Assembly (NCBI GenBank): GCA_964035575.1
Contig: OZ037845.1
Span: 62,001-126,000 of the forward strand
Direction of reading: 5' to 3'
DNA length: 64,000 nt
Source: Rhynchopus sp. YZ270_cl-10
Taxonomy: Eukaryota
Shown here: positions 1-11,105 of the stretch, piece after piece
Position numbering within the stretch: position 1 is the stretch's first letter
How the letters are laid out: each line of letters opens with the position of its first letter
The notes under the pieces: generated by a model
What the model saw: only the letters and a program-made list of their open reading frames with translations
Database searches by the model: none
Told to the model about the DNA's origin: nothing
Program-made: the position numbers and the translations under genes

Positions 1-104
1 ACATCAAAACAAGAGGAGGAGGGTTAGTACACCAAAGGTATAATGACTATTTTGGTTTTATTCAATTAGCATTATTTACAAATACAATTATTAATCACAG
101 GACA

Positions 105-529
105 ATGCGAGGCCACAGGATGCTAGAACGCTTGATACCCCCACACCAGAGGCCCCAGCCGCCCCCCCAGCCGCCCCCCCAGCAGCCCCCCCAGCAGCCC
201 CCCCAGCAGCCCCCCCAGGCACCCCACCAGGCACCCCCCCAGACACCCCCCAGGCCACCACCCCTCTCTCTCCTTGGGAGTGTGAAACATGCTGTCGGAC
301 CTTCAAAAAGTCCTCAGCATTAATTAGCCACATGCAAGTACATGAGGAAAAGAAAACCACAAGGGCTTACAAAAAAAAATCACGAGTGACCACCCCCACA
401 ACAGTTGAGACCACACCAGAGGCCCCAGCCACCCCCCGAGACACCCCCCAGGTCACTCCCATCCCACTCCCAGAAATCATCATCCCTGAGAAGGATGATG
501 ATGAGGATGATGATGAGGAATATTTTTAA
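105..529 (+). other. Pro/Gln-rich low-complexity reading frames with acidic tail (possible 3' end of a gene or Helitron cargo)
   Basis: 12-bp CCCCCCAGCAGC repeats, internal duplication (141-170 vs 412-440), ORFs 105-323 and 332-529 ending DDDEDDDEEYF; no recognisable domain. Confidence 0.25.
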
Positions 530-1027
530 GAAATTGTCAATATTTTTTCATCCAGTAAAATTGCTTTTTTTTGTTTCCGTTTATTCCGTTCAGTAGTTGT
601 AGTATTTGAGCCCCGGGCTTGTTTTCCCTCACTTCCTTTTTCCTCTGTGTCTACTACACGTTCTGTACTTCAAAAAAACACATCCATACCGTAAGTCGAA
701 AAAAGGAAAAAATAAATATAAAAGTCCACACCTACAAGGCGAGCGTTTTGGCAGGCGCTTGTAAGGACAGCCAATAGACTTTCATATGAAACAGAAGTGG
801 TGTGGAAACAAACAACTTTTATTTTTTCCCCTCCCATTTTATGTCGTTTGAGCCACAAAAAAAGAGAAACTGTAGGTGATTAACTTTTTTTTGTTTTCCG
901 TTTTATTTGTATATTTTTCCAGACACAGAATATCAGATACAATAAAAAATAGAAAATTTCTTTTTTTCTGTAATAACAAAGTATATTTTTATTTATCAGT
1001 AGGAAATACAAAACACACAAATAAACT

Positions 1028-1597
1028 ATGTCTGAGTACGCTGTGAAGGCACGTCCTGACGTTCTTGCAATGAGGGGTGACCAACATTGCATTACGGCTT
1101 TTCGTCACGGAGAATCCTATGTGGAAGCTGATTTATTCTTCACCATAAAGTTCAACCCAATGTGGTATGAGATCAAGTCTAATCTGCTAGAAGGAGAGAC
1201 AGCTATGGACCGTCCGGATCTGGTACACCGCGTGTTCTGCCTCAAGGTTAAGGAGCTTGTAAATTATATCAGAAAAAATAATGTTCTTGGGGAAAACATC
1301 GCAACGGTGATTGTGACGGAGTACCAGAAGAGGGGTCTGCCCCATGCTCACGCAATCTTTTGGAACAACAACAAAACATCACCGAAGAACCCTTTAAATG
1401 TGGATCACATCGTACAGCTCCCTGGATCACACCCAAACCTCTACAAAGCTTTCAGTCAGTATCTGATGAACAACAAGTGGGTGGTTCATTACAGTCTTCT
1501 CCTGAAATATAGGCGCCAGCGAAGGGTCCTTGTTGTTAAGTATTTGTTTAAATACTTATTCAAGGGGGAGCCTGTGACAGGTCTATTGATGCAATGA
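1028..1597 (+). CDS. Stand-alone miniature Helitron-type HUH Rep (189 aa, no helicase)
   Basis: Motif 1 DLFFTIKFNPMWYEI, DRPDLVHRVF, motif 2 TEYQKRGLPHAHAIFW and motif 3 KYLFKYLFKG, all in one open frame. Confidence 0.75.
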   Translation: MSEYAVKARPDVLAMRGDQHCITAFRHGESYVEADLFFTIKFNPMWYEIKSNLLEGETAMDRPDLVHRVFCLKVKELVNYIRKNNVLGENIATVIVTEYQKRGLPHAHAIFWNNNKTSPKNPLNVDHIVQLPGSHPNLYKAFSQYLMNNKWVVHYSLLLKYRRQRRVLVVKYLFKYLFKGEPVTGLLMQ

Positions 1598-1904
1598 TTT
1601 GTGTGGTAGAGTTGTGAACATTAAAGATAAAAAATAAAACGAAATACCAAATAACGATAAATGGGGATATGTCTTTGTGGGCTTGCGGGTTTGTGGGGTT
1701 TGTTGTCTCAGTTACTTTTTGTTTGTTATTTGTTTTCTTTTCCGTTTTACTCCTCATTTTATTTGTATATTTTGTCAGACACAAAATATCAAAGCACATG
1801 ATACAACAACAAAAAAGGAATAACATATTTTTTCAATAATTCTGAGAACATTTTTATTCATCACCAGTCACTGCATAACAGAAAAACAACACACACCGTA
1901 AACT

Positions 1905-4900
1905 ATGTTTGAAGGGGGATATCAAAATCTCTCTGGCCATATGATAGAAGAAGACTTTGATGACTGCGCCAGAGAGCCCCCATCGAAGGACTGGTCTAGA
2001 TACCTGACTAACATGCGTGAATCTTTGCGTCTCTCAGCTGAAACATCACGAATGCAGTTAGAAGATATAAATTTTTTCTGCAGCCAGTACGAAACACCAC
2101 ACACTCAATATGATGATGTCTGTGAGTGGTGTTTACAGAGATACAACAAAACAAAAAGACATGATCCACATTGTCTCTTCAGGCACATGCACATCACACA
2201 CATTGCAAAATGCCGTCTTGCGTACGTTATTGCTTCTATAAGAACAATAACTAATAAAGCTTTGTTCAGAGATCTCTTCTCTGTACATCCTGAGTTACAG
2301 TCTCGCTGGAACTGTTCTCTTGATTCTCTCACGCATTACGACAAGAAGAAAATCAGATTGCTTGAGGAAGAAAAACGTGATGGCATGCAAGGACTTTCTC
2401 CGTACATTCTTGGATCAATAGAGAACTGTGCAAATGACATATGCAAAAGATGGCTCGAGAAGAGGTCCGATACGCTGAGAACAAACGGGCCCATCTGTCA
2501 AGCATTAGTTGCAGAATTCGAAAATAGGGTTTCTACTTCGGAAATGTGTGGGAGAAGTCTTGACCCAAGCCTCCACTCAGCTGCAATGAAGCTTGAAGAC
2601 TACACAAATGGATGCGTGTCTTATGCTGACATTGGGGGGATGAATTCTGTCTGTAGAAAATGTGGTGCAAAGCTCTTCTCCGGTGAGGTCCGAGGAGAAG
2701 GGAGATATGGAATTTGCTGCAACAGAATCAAGGAGAGAGACATCCCTGCACCAATTGAATTTGAGAACGACGACCACAAAAGGTTGTTCTCGGATCAAAC
2801 GTTTCTTAAGAATTCATACCGCCTGAATTCTTATCACCAGATGGCCAAGGCATTGCATACCCCCCACAAGTTGTTTTCCAACACACGCGGAATACACAAC
2901 ATAGTTGTAAAAGGAAAAGGGGTGAAGAAAATTATGGGCCTATCTGACGATGCGGAAACAAGAAACCAAACCTGGTTTGTTGGTGGATACAACGAGCAGG
3001 ACCGCGCCTTGAAAGGCTTGCAAGAGATGGAGAGGATCCCAGAACTGGAACGCGACACAACCCTCTACCAGGACATCATGACCATGCTGAAAGACAATTG
3101 CTATGTCAGGATGTTCAGGAGAGCCTCAGTTCTGATGGACAGTGCCGAAGAGAATACACATGTGGCCATCAACTTTGACGATCTGCGAGGACCTGAGAAG
3201 ACGGGACGGGAGTACGCAAACGCCGCTGCAGAAGATGAATTGCGTGCTGTATATACTGTCAGTACTGGAACAGATGATCACAAATACGCAGCAGGTTGGG
3301 GCCGGCAGCAGTACAGCGTTATTATGCAGGGAGAAGCTGAAGGTGAAGGTGAAGGAAGCGATAAATACAGCAGAAAGATATCAGATTTTGATGCCAGGTT
3401 CGAGCCACTGTGTTTTCCCCTGATACATGTGTGTCCAAAAGACAGTACAGGTTGGAGACACAGTCGAAAAGATGAAGCAACGCCAAACCCCTACAGTGGT
3501 GTGTCAGCACAGGAGTATGGCTGCTTCCACCTGTTTTCACGGGCGACCGAGAAGAACCCAGATGGAGAACCAGGGCCTGCACTGATAGGGCGCAAGCTGA
3601 CCGAATACTTCTTCCTTCAGCTTGGCATCCGTGCCATTACGCAACGCATATCTTACCACAGCCAGCAGATAGTAAAGAAGTATGCAACAAAAGAATTCCT
3701 TGAAGAGGCCCGTGTTACGACAGTGGTGGAAAACCGTCGCGTCACCACACACGATGCGACCAATGACACTACAACAGCCACCACCACCCTCGATGCCAGC
3801 TACCCGCGTGGTAAGAGAGCTAGAATTCAAGACCTCAACGATTCACTTGCGTTGAAGGCCCGTCTTGGCTGCCCCGATTATTTCCTGACCATGACAGCCA
3901 ACCCACACTGGCCAGAGATTCTCAGGGAGCTGCGTCCAGGAGAAAGACCCTGTGACAGGTCTGATCTTGTGCACCGAGTTTTCAACCTCAAGATGGATCA
4001 ACTTGAGAGAAAGTTGAAAGAGAATGCACTCGGGACGTACCAGGCAATGGTTCGTGTGGTGGAGTACCAGAAGCGTGGACTCCCCCACTTGCATCTTCTT
4101 CTGTGGGTTTCCAAGGAGCATAAGCCGAAGTCTGCAGCCATTTTTGACATGGCGGTGTCGTGCCAGTTGCCTGATCCCGAAACGCAAGAAGAGCTATACA
4201 ACTTGGTGTCGGAGCAGATGATGCACACTAAGTGTGATACTGTGCCCAGTGCGCGATGCAAGGTTCCCGGCCCGGACGGCAACGCACGGTGCAAACAGCA
4301 CTACCCTAAAAACTTTCGGGAAAATACCCTAGCAACTGAGACAGGAATGTACAGCTATGGTATGCGGCCTGAAAATGGGAGAACAAGCGCTGTTGCGGAA
4401 AAAGACCAAGAGCGGGCAAGAAAGCTGGCCACAGAAGGGAAGGTACACCCTAGCTGTAGAGACAACCGCTATGTTGTTTCCTACAACATAGTTCTTCTCA
4501 CCCAGTTCATGAGCCACTTCAACATAGAGGCTGTTGGATCTCCAGTTGTCATCAGATACCTCTTCAAGTATCTGTTCAAGGACGATGAGTATGCTAATGT
4601 GTCAGTTACAGCCAAAGACGGAGAAAAAAACAAAACGGATGAGTGCATGAGCTATCTGTCAGGCATACACATTGGGTCCCTTGAGGCCATTGGATACCTT
4701 CTCGGAACGAAGATGAGATACATTGACCCAAGTGTCACCAGACTTGATGTTCATCTTGCAGGCCAGCAAAGGCTGTACTACTTTCCTGGCAAGGAGGCAG
4801 AGGCGCTTGACAAGGCCACAGACACAACACTCACAGCCTGGTTTGCTGCAAATAGCGACGCAAAACGTGACCCGTCTTCCAAGTACCAGGGAATACAAAC

Positions 4901-7727
4901 CCTGAACTACATCACTGTTCCTGAATACTTTGCCTTCTCCAGAGATAAAGCAGAGTGGACCCTGAGGAAAAGCTACGTGTACTGCCCCAGGACTGAGTCG
5001 CTTGTCACAACAAACAGATCACGAGCTGCAAAGTCCCATCTTCTGGCTATTGGTCGCCTGTACAGAACCCCTGTTTTGGATAAGGAGCTCCAGGCTCTGC
5101 GGACTATCCTCATGGTGAGAAAAGGACCCACTAGCTTTGATGACCTGATGACTGTAGAAGGGAAAAAGTGCGAGTCCTTTACGGATGCAGCAAATGAAAT
5201 GGGGCTCCTTCAGGATGGTGAACTTGTGAAGCTTACACTTGTGGATGCAGTCAAAACCACTGTGTCAGGAAGATGCCTCAGGTTTACCCTTGCTGTTCTA
5301 CTCAACTCCTTTGCTATTCCTCCTAATAACATGAAAGAACTCTGGAAGACATACAAGGTGGAGCTGTGCAAGCGCCCTCTGAAGCAGGGAGAGACTGCAC
5401 CGGATGAGGAGGGTACGGTATCTGAGCAGGAGGAAAATGAAGCACTGTTGGATATTCAGAATGTGTTGAGAAACATTTGTGGGTCAGATGTAAAGCTCGA
5501 AGTCTTTGGACTCCCAACACCAACTGCTGCTATGAGGAGTGCGAACGATGGGGTGTCTTGGGTTATGAAGGATGAAATCTACAACATGGAAAAGCAGTGG
5601 CAGGAGTGGGAGAAGATTGAACCTAAGCTCAATACAAAACAGAGGGAAGCAGTTCAGCGTGTTCAGCTCTCTGTGACTCAGGGCAAAGGTGTCTGCAAAC
5701 TGACAAAAGAAATTGAGGATCTCATCCGCGCAACGGATCTCATTGTCTTTGACGAGGTGGTTATGGCAAACAGGGGCCATATAGAACTTCTCGACAGAAC
5801 CTGCAGAAAGGTGACCGGAAAGGCCATGTGGTTTGGTGGAATCACTGTGGTTCTTGGTGGAGATTTTAAGCAAATTCTTCCTGTCACTGAGGGAGACAAG
5901 AGTGCCACGCTTAAAAATTGTCTGCATACTTCTCCTCTCTTCCAAAACATGACTATGCTGTCCCTTATCGAGATAATGAGGCAGAAGGATGACAAAAATT
6001 GGGCGACCTACCTGGGAACCATTGGCGATGGGTCGTGCAACGATAGAGACGGTTCCATATCTCTCCCAAGAAACCTCTACCGAAAGGATTGTGGGGATTA
6101 TGTTGTACCTGATGACCTCATCACCCACGTCTTCCCTCTGATTGGAGAAGGTGTAGTTGGAAATGGCATGATCCTTGCACCAACTAACAAAGCTCAGAAG
6201 GCAATGAACAACATTTGCCTCAAGAGGCTGTGTGGGAAACAAAAAGAAGTACTCCATGAGTTCCAGCTGACAGGGAAGGACACATGCACAGAGGAGTCTG
6301 TTGAGGGAGAATCTGCCATTGACTCAGACGTGATGAATGCGTACCAGCAGACAGGCATACCTGACCACTGCATCACTGTCAAGGTTGGTGCTCCTCTAAT
6401 GTTGCTTAAAAACCTCAACCCACCAAAGGGTCTCTGCAATGGAACGAGGTTTATTGTGACTGGCGTGACACAGCTCAACATTCAGGGGATAATTGTGGGT
6501 GACCCTAAAAGAGTTGGAACGGCAGTGAACATCCCCAGAGTTAAGAACACTCCTGACGAGAAGAAGGCTGGTTTCAGCATGCAGCGCGTCCAGTTTCCTG
6601 TCGCACTGTCATTTGCCTCTACAATTAACAAGTCTCAGGGACAGACCCTCGATAGGGTTGGACTCGACCTCACAGAGTCACAGTGTTTTGCACATGGGCA
6701 GTTGTACGTTGCTCTGAGCAGATGCCCAAAGGCAGAGCATGTCAAGGTTGCAGTGCCTCTGAAGAAATGGACCAAATCAAACAGAACTATTGTGGAGCCA
6801 TACAGAGTGTCAAACCCTGTCTACAAGGACATGCTGAAATCTGTTGCTGACCGTGGACTCGAGGGCATCTTTATGCAGCTGACTGAAGCAGAAGAGGCCA
6901 TGCTACAGAGTTACCACGTCATGACTGACAAAGAGTACTCTGAACAGACCCACAGACAAGCAAAGATGCCTCCACCATCTGACGACCATAAATTCTGGGA
7001 CCCCATGCCAATGCAGTGCGAGAGCATTCAGTTTGAAGATGCTGAAGATCTTGTCTATGTAGCCAGAAAGAGGAAGAGAGACCCAGAAGATAAGTCTCCT
7101 AAGAAGCGGAAGAAGAATAACCCTACATCAGCAGAAACAACAACAGCACAAAAGCCGAAGCTCTCCATTACCAGGGTTTTGGGGGATGGTACTTGCTTTT
7201 ACCATGCTGTAGACCAGTCTATTACAAAGAGGATAGGACAAGGGAATCAACTCAGAAGAGAATTGGAATTGTTTGTTGTGCAGAACAGTACTACAATAAA
7301 ACATCATCCTCTTATTGTACCTGAAAACGCTAACACCGTATCCTCGATTGTAGGCACCTACAACGCCCTTATGAACAGGATAACTGGAAGGATTGATGGG
7401 ACGTACGCAACATCAGACTATGCAGAACAGATTGAGTTTGCCTTGGTGAGTCTCTTAAAACGTGTTCTCATAACTATTGTCAAAATGAACCAAGATAACA
7501 AGCCCTCATCTTTTCACTTTTTAGGGAACAACTTGTCTACTGAACAAGTTCTTGCTAATATTCCTGCAAAAGACAGGATTATTTTATTACATACTTCAAA
7601 CCCTGATCATTTTAATATTGGTACAGGGTCTCCTGAACATGAATTGGAAACACACAAAAATGGTTTGGAACAATTGCATAGGGGATTTCCCAATGAGATT
7701 TTATATCAAGTTGATTGGGAGTTGTGA
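1905..7727 (+). CDS. Helitron RepHel: Zn motif, HUH Rep, PIF1-like helicase lacking Walker A, C-terminal OTU-like protease
   Basis: CRKCGAKLF..CC; DYFLTMTANPHWPEI; VEYQKRGLPHLH; YLFKYLFK; LIVFDE; GGDFKQILPV; GLCNGTR; TINKSQGQTL; HGQLYVALSR; OTU RVLGDGTCFYHAV...PDHFN. Confidence 0.95.
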   Translation: MFEGGYQNLSGHMIEEDFDDCAREPPSKDWSRYLTNMRESLRLSAETSRMQLEDINFFCSQYETPHTQYDDVCEWCLQRYNKTKRHDPHCLFRHMHITHIAKCRLAYVIASIRTITNKALFRDLFSVHPELQSRWNCSLDSLTHYDKKKIRLLEEEKRDGMQGLSPYILGSIENCANDICKRWLEKRSDTLRTNGPICQALVAEFENRVSTSEMCGRSLDPSLHSAAMKLEDYTNGCVSYADIGGMNSVCRKCGAKLFSGEVRGEGRYGICCNRIKERDIPAPIEFENDDHKRLFSDQTFLKNSYRLNSYHQMAKALHTPHKLFSNTRGIHNIVVKGKGVKKIMGLSDDAETRNQTWFVGGYNEQDRALKGLQEMERIPELERDTTLYQDIMTMLKDNCYVRMFRRASVLMDSAEENTHVAINFDDLRGPEKTGREYANAAAEDELRAVYTVSTGTDDHKYAAGWGRQQYSVIMQGEAEGEGEGSDKYSRKISDFDARFEPLCFPLIHVCPKDSTGWRHSRKDEATPNPYSGVSAQEYGCFHLFSRATEKNPDGEPGPALIGRKLTEYFFLQLGIRAITQRISYHSQQIVKKYATKEFLEEARVTTVVENRRVTTHDATNDTTTATTTLDASYPRGKRARIQDLNDSLALKARLGCPDYFLTMTANPHWPEILRELRPGERPCDRSDLVHRVFNLKMDQLERKLKENALGTYQAMVRVVEYQKRGLPHLHLLLWVSKEHKPKSAAIFDMAVSCQLPDPETQEELYNLVSEQMMHTKCDTVPSARCKVPGPDGNARCKQHYPKNFRENTLATETGMYSYGMRPENGRTSAVAEKDQERARKLATEGKVHPSCRDNRYVVSYNIVLLTQFMSHFNIEAVGSPVVIRYLFKYLFKDDEYANVSVTAKDGEKNKTDECMSYLSGIHIGSLEAIGYLLGTKMRYIDPSVTRLDVHLAGQQRLYYFPGKEAEALDKATDTTLTAWFAANSDAKRDPSSKYQGIQTLNYITVPEYFAFSRDKAEWTLRKSYVYCPRTESLVTTNRSRAAKSHLLAIGRLYRTPVLDKELQALRTILMVRKGPTSFDDLMTVEGKKCESFTDAANEMGLLQDGELVKLTLVDAVKTTVSGRCLRFTLAVLLNSFAIPPNNMKELWKTYKVELCKRPLKQGETAPDEEGTVSEQEENEALLDIQNVLRNICGSDVKLEVFGLPTPTAAMRSANDGVSWVMKDEIYNMEKQWQEWEKIEPKLNTKQREAVQRVQLSVTQGKGVCKLTKEIEDLIRATDLIVFDEVVMANRGHIELLDRTCRKVTGKAMWFGGITVVLGGDFKQILPVTEGDKSATLKNCLHTSPLFQNMTMLSLIEIMRQKDDKNWATYLGTIGDGSCNDRDGSISLPRNLYRKDCGDYVVPDDLITHVFPLIGEGVVGNGMILAPTNKAQKAMNNICLKRLCGKQKEVLHEFQLTGKDTCTEESVEGESAIDSDVMNAYQQTGIPDHCITVKVGAPLMLLKNLNPPKGLCNGTRFIVTGVTQLNIQGIIVGDPKRVGTAVNIPRVKNTPDEKKAGFSMQRVQFPVALSFASTINKSQGQTLDRVGLDLTESQCFAHGQLYVALSRCPKAEHVKVAVPLKKWTKSNRTIVEPYRVSNPVYKDMLKSVADRGLEGIFMQLTEAEEAMLQSYHVMTDKEYSEQTHRQAKMPPPSDDHKFWDPMPMQCESIQFEDAEDLVYVARKRKRDPEDKSPKKRKKNNPTSAETTTAQKPKLSITRVLGDGTCFYHAVDQSITKRIGQGNQLRRELELFVVQNSTTIKHHPLIVPENANTVSSIVGTYNALMNRITGRIDGTYATSDYAEQIEFALVSLLKRVLITIVKMNQDNKPSSFHFLGNNLSTEQVLANIPAKDRIILLHTSNPDHFNIGTGSPEHELETHKNGLEQLHRGFPNEILYQVDWEL

Positions 7728-8021
7728 ACATACATAAAAAGTAATAAAAAAAGAAAAATGAAAGAAGTGGTAACAATCGGGGGTATTTTTGCGGGTTGGG
7801 TTTGGTGGGTATTTTTTGGGATTGTGGGTTTGGGGATATTAGTTTTGAACACAATACAAATGAAGCATGAAATATGAGAGAACAAAAACAAAGGAACATT
7901 CTATATTTCAATTTTTCCTCAAACCTCCCACACACACCCACACACACCCCTACAGAGTAGCCACAATATGTCCCTCAATAGAGAGAATTTTACCAGTCAG
8001 GTACATGCGAGGGGTTTTGCC

Positions 8022-8533
8022 TTATGCAGCCAAAAATCCCTGTATTTTCAATACAGGGATTTTTGGTCGGGATCTTGGCTCTTATGGACAGAACGTAATT
8101 TATGGACAGATTTGTCGACATTTCTGTCCATAAATCCCAAAATGGCCAAAAATACTTTTTCAAATGGCTTACTGCAAGGCTTCAGCGGCGTAATTGCGTC
8201 GAAGTATGGTGGTCGTAGGCCCAAAAATACGTAGTAGTAGACAATAATTTACTTGGCTCTGAGGTTGTGGGTACCCTTATAGGCCCAAAACAGGGAATGC
8301 ATAAAAACTCACAAACCACAGGTTACCTGCAAACATCAATACACATACTGCAATAGGTTATGCAGGTATGTGGAAGGGCATTATGCAGGCAAAAATCCCT
8401 GTATTTTCAATACAGGGATTTTTGGTCAGGATCCTGGCTTTTATGGACAGAACGTAATTTATGGACAGATTTGTCGACATTTCTGTCCATAAATCCCAAA
8501 ATGGCCAAACTTACTTTTTCAAATGGCTTACTG
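8022..8533. repeat. ~150-bp direct duplication (359-bp period), each copy with two long palindromes
   Basis: CCAAAAATCCCTGTATT-ttc-AATACAGGGATTTTTGG (8030-8066) and ATTTATGGACAGA...TCTGTCCATAAAT (8098-8135), repeated at about 8390-8495. Confidence 0.85.
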
Positions 8534-8848
8534 TAGTGGCTTCATCGGAGCCATTGCCTCGACATATGGTGATAGTAAACTCCATGAATCGTAGTATACA
8601 AAAGGTTACTTGGGCAGCTGAAGTCTTTGGGGTACCTGCAGTCGGCCACATACACGATAATACTGCTAAACGTTCATAAATTTTCACACACGCAATAAAT
8701 ATAAACTCCACTTTAGCAACGTGAACTCAAATTCCAATAACTCACCTCACCAACAAGATTCCCTAAGAATAACACAATAGAACATTTTCGATACACCAGC
8801 CCGTAACACATCACACCAGCCTACCACATATGGTTGCTCACTTCTCGT

Positions 8849-9065
8849 GCGGGTTTGCGGGTTTGCGGGTTTGCGGGTTTGCGGGTTTGCGGGTTTGCGG
8901 GTTTGCGGGTTTGCGGGTTTGCGGGTTTGCGGGTTTGCGGGTTTGCGGGTTTGCGGGTTTGCGGGTTTGCGGGTTTGCGGGTTTGCGGGTTTGCGGGTTT
9001 GCGGGTTTGCGGGTTTTGCGGGTTTGCGGGTTTGCGGGTTTGCGGGTTTGCGGGTTTGCGGGTTT
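8849..9065 (+). repeat. (GCGGGTTT)27 tandem array
   Basis: Read directly; one unit has an extra T. Confidence 0.98.
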
Positions 9066-9499
9066 CTAGTTATTACGGAATAGAGGGCTTGCTTTTGGCA
9101 TCTCATCTTTCATGGCGGTTTGCTACTTCCGAGTGATTCTGATATGATACTCCAGTAGTATGGGGCCCAGAAACGACAGCCCCGACCGGGGGCCTCAGTC
9201 CCCAGGATCTGGGAATATCTAAAATGTGTGCGGCATTTCACGGCTATTTTTGTGAGTAAAATTGCGATATTTTGTGTTTCTGAGGTACTGGGTGTATATG
9301 TTATAAAAATTTCAAAAAACGAGATAACCATGAAATATGGCCAGTATCCCCATAAAATGAGGCTATTGCGACCCTGGAGGCCCACTTTTGACACTTAGGG
9401 CCAAATTTAGGTGTGTAAGAGTATCGGCTTGAAAATATTTTTTTTCGTGATTTTTGGGGTCATTTTCTGGCTGGGAAAATTGGGCCACATATAACTACA

Positions 9500-10345
9500 A
9501 CTGCTCAAAAGGTCAAATCAGTGGCTTTAAATGACTCATTGGGCATTTTTATGACCTGGACATGGGGGTCAGATTCCATTTTTAACATGATTAAAATTGG
9601 TCACAAGACCCTGAGAGAAAACCCAAGGTCAAATTGACCTTGAGTACCAGGTCAAATTTGTGTGGAAAAATTTTTCAGTACCTAATTTCTGATGCTCAAA
9701 AGTACAAAATTCCTTCGGCAATGGCTTCATAGGACATTTCCATAACCTGGACATGGGGGTCAGACTCCACTTTTGACCACCTAAAATTTGGTCATACACA
9801 TGTATGAGACCCAAAAACCAGGATTTTTGACCAAAAAAAAATTTCCCAGCAATTTTTGCCTACAAAAAATCGAAAAAAAAAATTTTTGATTTTGGCTCTC
9901 CGGAGTCTGTGCGTGCTGTGGTGGGGTCAATTTGCGCTGAGAAATGGGTATTTTTGACCTAAAATGCATGTATCAGTTTTTACATGATTTTTGGTGTTTT
10001 TGGGTTTTGTGTGGGTTTTTTGGTCAGTACCTAATTTCTGATGCTCAAAAGTACAAAATTCCTTCGGCAATGGCTTCATAGGACATTTCCATAACCTGGA
10101 CATGGGGGTCAGACTCCACTTTTGACCACCTGAAATTTGGTCATACACATGTATGAGACCCAAAAACCAGGATTTTTGACCAAAAAAAATTTTCCCACCA
10201 ATTTTTGCCTACAAAAAATCGAAAAAAAAAAATTTTGATTTTGGCTCTCCGGAGTCTGTGCGTGCAGTGATGGGGTCAATTTGCGCTGAGAAATGGGTAT
10301 TTTTGACCTAAAATGCATGTATCAGTTTTTACATGTTTTTTGGTT
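9500..10345. repeat. ~349-bp tandem duplication (two near-identical units plus a degenerate third)
   Basis: TCAGTACCTAATTTCTGATGCTCAAAAG... at 9675 and 10024; ACCTGGACATGGGGGTCAGA occurs three times. Confidence 0.85.
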
Positions 10346-10892
10346 TTTGTGTAAGTTCCTGTAGGACAGTTGGGTTGATTGGTAAGTAATTTACAACTGG
10401 AAAACTAGGTGGATCGATTCTTTTGTGCGTTTTTACTACAGAAATATTCTGTTTTCCCTTTTTTTCTTTTTTTGATCTTTATTTTTGTGGCATGACAATA
10501 CTCTCACCGGCCAAAGTGAGCGCCTTCTTCAAGGTGTAGTCTTTCTTTTGTTTAAGCTATGTTTTAACCTATTTCCTTATTTTTTTCAATCCAAGACAAA
10601 AATACTTCTTCATCACAAGAGATTACCTCCGGCTGGGAAGAAAAAAACAACAAAACTGCTGATGAAACCGGTAACCTGAAACCGGTCAAAAAGTATCTGA
10701 CAATTTCCAAACTAATTGATTTTTTTTAAACTAAACAAACTCCACAAAAACAGTTTGATTTATCCATCACAAGATATAGTCAAAACTCCAATTAATAACT
10801 TATGATAACCTTTTTTTCTTTTTTTATGCAATCAACAAAATCCCAAAAATACAACAATATAAAAAAAGCAACACACCAAATATTCACAATTT

Positions 10893-11105
10893 TTAAATAA
10901 TTTGAAAGTCAGAAAAAATCTTTGATGGAAATGTTGGAGACAATAGGGCTTTTTTGTGTGCTTTCAATATATTTCCATCAGTTCCCGTACCAATGTTAAA
11001 ATGGTCAGGATAAAAAGTTTGCACTAACAGCAGTCTATTTTGTGGTGGTATTTTTTCGAGAATCTCTTCAGGAGAAAGATCCTTTGGCAAAAAACCGCGG
11101 GTCAA
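10893..11105 (-). pseudogene. Diverged copy of the RepHel/OTU C-terminal ~70 aa, overlapping the zinc-finger ORF end in another frame
   Basis: FLPKDLSPEEILEKIPPQNRLLLVQTFYPDHFNIGTG aligns with RepHel FLGNNLSTEQVLANIPAKDRIILLHTSNPDHFNIGTG. Confidence 0.75.

Noticed and set aside
8849..9065. True telomere or CRISPR array
   Set aside because: Internal, short and spacer-less; at most telomere-like
8747..9136. ORFs over the GCGGGTTT, GGGTACCT and 13-bp arrays (also 13238-13656, 25919-26470, 46757-47496)
   Set aside because: Periodic peptides arise because the repeat units contain no stop codons
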